From Dehalococcoidia bacterium (GTDB lineage: Bacteria; Chloroflexota; Dehalococcoidia; Bin125): a stretch of DNA of 64,000 nt. Below the pieces are notes generated by a model. The model searched no databases. It saw nothing but the letters and a program-made list of their open reading frames with translations, and had not been told where the DNA came from. Positions 62,219 through 64,000 of this stretch are shown piece after piece. A program made the position numbers and the translations under genes. Location of the stretch: contig CAXXNO010000005.1 of the NCBI GenBank assembly GCA_963663235.2, positions 96,001-160,000 on the forward strand. The letters are read 5' to 3'. Numbering within the stretch: position 1 is the first letter of the stretch; each line of letters opens with the position of its first letter.

Positions 62219-63250
62219 CTACGGCACCGCCATCCACTCGCCGCCCGGCTTGAAGTCTTTGGCGATCGGGATGATCTCCTGCCCGAACTGCTCTATACGC
62301 TCGAACACCTCGGCGGCAGTGCTGGTCTGACAATCTTGATGTGCGACCATCAGAGAGTAGCCCGCCTCGGCGAACTCCTGGAGGTCGGCGAGGATCATCT
62401 CCGGCGTGCCCTCGCAGATCGGGCGTACCTTGCGCTTCAAGTGCGGATCGTCGGCGTCCGTGATGCGGACGGTCACCACAGCCATCATCATGAAATCGGA
62501 GAGGTCCCGGCCGACGCGTTCCGCTTCGCGCCGAATCTCGTCCTGGAAGCGATCCAGATCGTGCGGCCGGGACCCGGGGTGCGAGAACATCGGGTAGAAG
62601 CCGTCGCAGAGCCGCGCCGCGCGGCGGGCGCCGACCAGGGACTGCCCGCCGAAGACGATGGGCGGGTGGGGCTTCTGCACGGGCTTGGGGTCCATGGAGA
62701 GGTTGTCGAAGTTGTAGAACTCGCCGTGGAAGGCGACGACGTCGTCCGCCCACGCGCGCTTGTAGATCTCGATGCATTCGTCGGTCATGTCGCCGCGCCG
62801 GTCGTAGGGCAGGCCCAGCGCGTCGAACTCCTCCTTGGCCCAGCCCGCGCCCACGCCGGCGATCACCCGGCCGTTGGAGAGCCAGTCAACGGTGGCGAAC
62901 TGGCGGGCGTCGTGGAGCGGCGGGCGGTAGGGCGAGATGAGCACCCCGGGCGCCAGCTTGACCCGCTCGGTCGTCACCGCCACCGCGGCCATGGTGGCCA
63001 GGGCGTCGAACATGACCGGCTTCTCGGGGTAGTGCCGTTTCCCCGTCTCTGGGTTGACGACGTTCACGTTGGTGGTCTTCGTCGGAAAGGCGACGTGGTC
63101 CGAGAACCAGAGCGAATGGAAGCCCACCCGTTCGGCGAGCCGGGCAAACCGCACCGGCTCAATGTCCTGCGGCGGCAGCGACTCCAGCCACATCTCCGTC
63201 TCGCTGCGAAACACCACCCCGTGGGTGTTCATGTAGGTGCCAATATGCAT
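62219..63250 (-). CDS. LLM class oxidoreductase, probably F420-dependent
   Basis: Close paralog of 19123..20154 (MNTHGVVFRSETE...RKVRPICEGTPEMIL). Confidence 0.88.
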   Translation of the reverse strand: MHIGTYMNTHGVVFRSETEMWLESLPPQDIEPVRFARLAERVGFHSLWFSDHVAFPTKTTNVNVVNPETGKRHYPEKPVMFDALATMAAVAVTTERVKLAPGVLISPYRPPLHDARQFATVDWLSNGRVIAGVGAGWAKEEFDALGLPYDRRGDMTDECIEIYKRAWADDVVAFHGEFYNFDNLSMDPKPVQKPHPPIVFGGQSLVGARRAARLCDGFYPMFSHPGSRPHDLDRFQDEIRREAERVGRDLSDFMMMAVVTVRITDADDPHLKRKVRPICEGTPEMILADLQEFAEAGYSLMVAHQDCQTSTAAEVFERIEQFGQEIIPIAKDFKPGGEWMAVP

Positions 63251-63312
63251 CGATCGGCGTCCTCTCGTCGTCCCTGCGGGACACGGAGGCTAGTCGGCAG
63301 GCCTAGCGGCCG

Positions 63313-63376
63313 TCAACGGCAGAGCGCGCGGTTTGGGGCCGCGAGGCCGGCGGTTCGAATCCGCCCACCCCGGCCA
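63313..63376 (+). pseudogene. Degenerate tRNA-Pro(UGG), 5' acceptor strand disrupted
   Basis: CGCGG-TTTGGGG-CCGCG anticodon arm, GGCGG-TTCGAAT-CCGCC T arm, CACCCCG-G-CCA end; complementary CGGGGTG missing upstream. Confidence 0.72.
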
Positions 63377-63555
63377 TCCCCTCCACCCGGCCGTTCCTCG
63401 CGATGCCGCATCCCGGCGTACCGGCGACGCCGCGCCCGGTGTCCGAGTCGTGCGTCGCGGCGGGCGCGGGGGCGTGCTAGACTCCGGCCGTTCTCGCCGG
63501 TCCAGCGCGCGGCCCCGTGGCTCCGCGCCGCACAGCGTCAGCGAAGGAGCACAGC

Positions 63556-64000
63556 ATGGACGTCGGCGTACACATGCTTTACCAGAACTATCAGGATTGG
63601 AAGCGCTATAACGCGAAGTCCTCCGCGCCCCCGATCGTGCCGGACTCGCAGATCTACGATGAGGACCTGCACCTGGGGAGCCTGGTGGAGCCGCTGGGCT
63701 TCGATTCGATGTGGGCGATCGACCACTCCTTCTCGCCCTACGTCATGACCGGCAACGCGATTCAGAACCTGACCTACTTCGCCGGGCAGACGAAGCGGCT
63801 GGACTTCGGCACGATGATCATCGTGCTGCCGTGGTACGACCCGATCGTGGTGGCGGAGCAGATCGCGGTGCTGGACAACATGTTGCAAGGGCGCCGCTTC
63901 ACGATCGGGCTGGGGCGCGGCGCGGGGCAGCGGGAGTTCGACTCCTACCGGATTCCGCTGGGCGAATCGCGCGGCCGCTTCATGGAGTCGCTGGAGATCG
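63556..64000 (+). CDS. LLM class flavin-dependent oxidoreductase (partial, runs off the window)
   Basis: AAGGAG RBS; MDVGVH..LGFDSMWAIDHSFSPY..VLPWYDP..AEQIAVLDNML..GLGRG. Confidence 0.88.
   Translation, partial: MDVGVHMLYQNYQDWKRYNAKSSAPPIVPDSQIYDEDLHLGSLVEPLGFDSMWAIDHSFSPYVMTGNAIQNLTYFAGQTKRLDFGTMIIVLPWYDPIVVAEQIAVLDNMLQGRRFTIGLGRGAGQREFDSYRIPLGESRGRFMESLEI

Overview
High-GC bacterial chromosomal window. It most resembles Chloroflexota, Dehalococcoidia/SAR202-like (inference from six luciferase-like monooxygenase genes, Tat-lipoprotein family-5 solute-binding proteins, RpoD with a large non-conserved insertion, and dnaN unlinked from dnaA). The left ~40 kb is accessory catabolic/redox DNA. 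It starts with an ADH-amidohydrolase-DUF59 trio typical of propane-monooxygenase accessory genes behind a sigma54-type promoter. It continues with hydantoinase B, an amine oxidase, OYE, Prx/Trx and a diverging ~3.8-3.9 kb duplication (SBP + SnoaL + LLM). The right part is housekeeping: rpoD, lepB-pyrE, ECF sigma/anti-sigma, dcd-ribD(+GNAT)-ribE-ribBA-ribH, a tetrapyrrole operon and dnaN. Main observations: (1) hemA and hemL are both reduced to internally deleted stubs while sirC/hemC/cobA-hemD/hemB are intact; (2) the heme operon is headed by a BldC-like HTH plus helical sensor domain with 10-bp-phased direct repeats at its own promoter; (3) RibD carries a fused GNAT domain; (4) a perfect AT-rich palindrome lies upstream of dnaN; (5) frameshifts, deletions and a decayed tRNA-Pro suggest genome erosion and/or assembly error. 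All calls come from reading motifs by eye; no searches were run.
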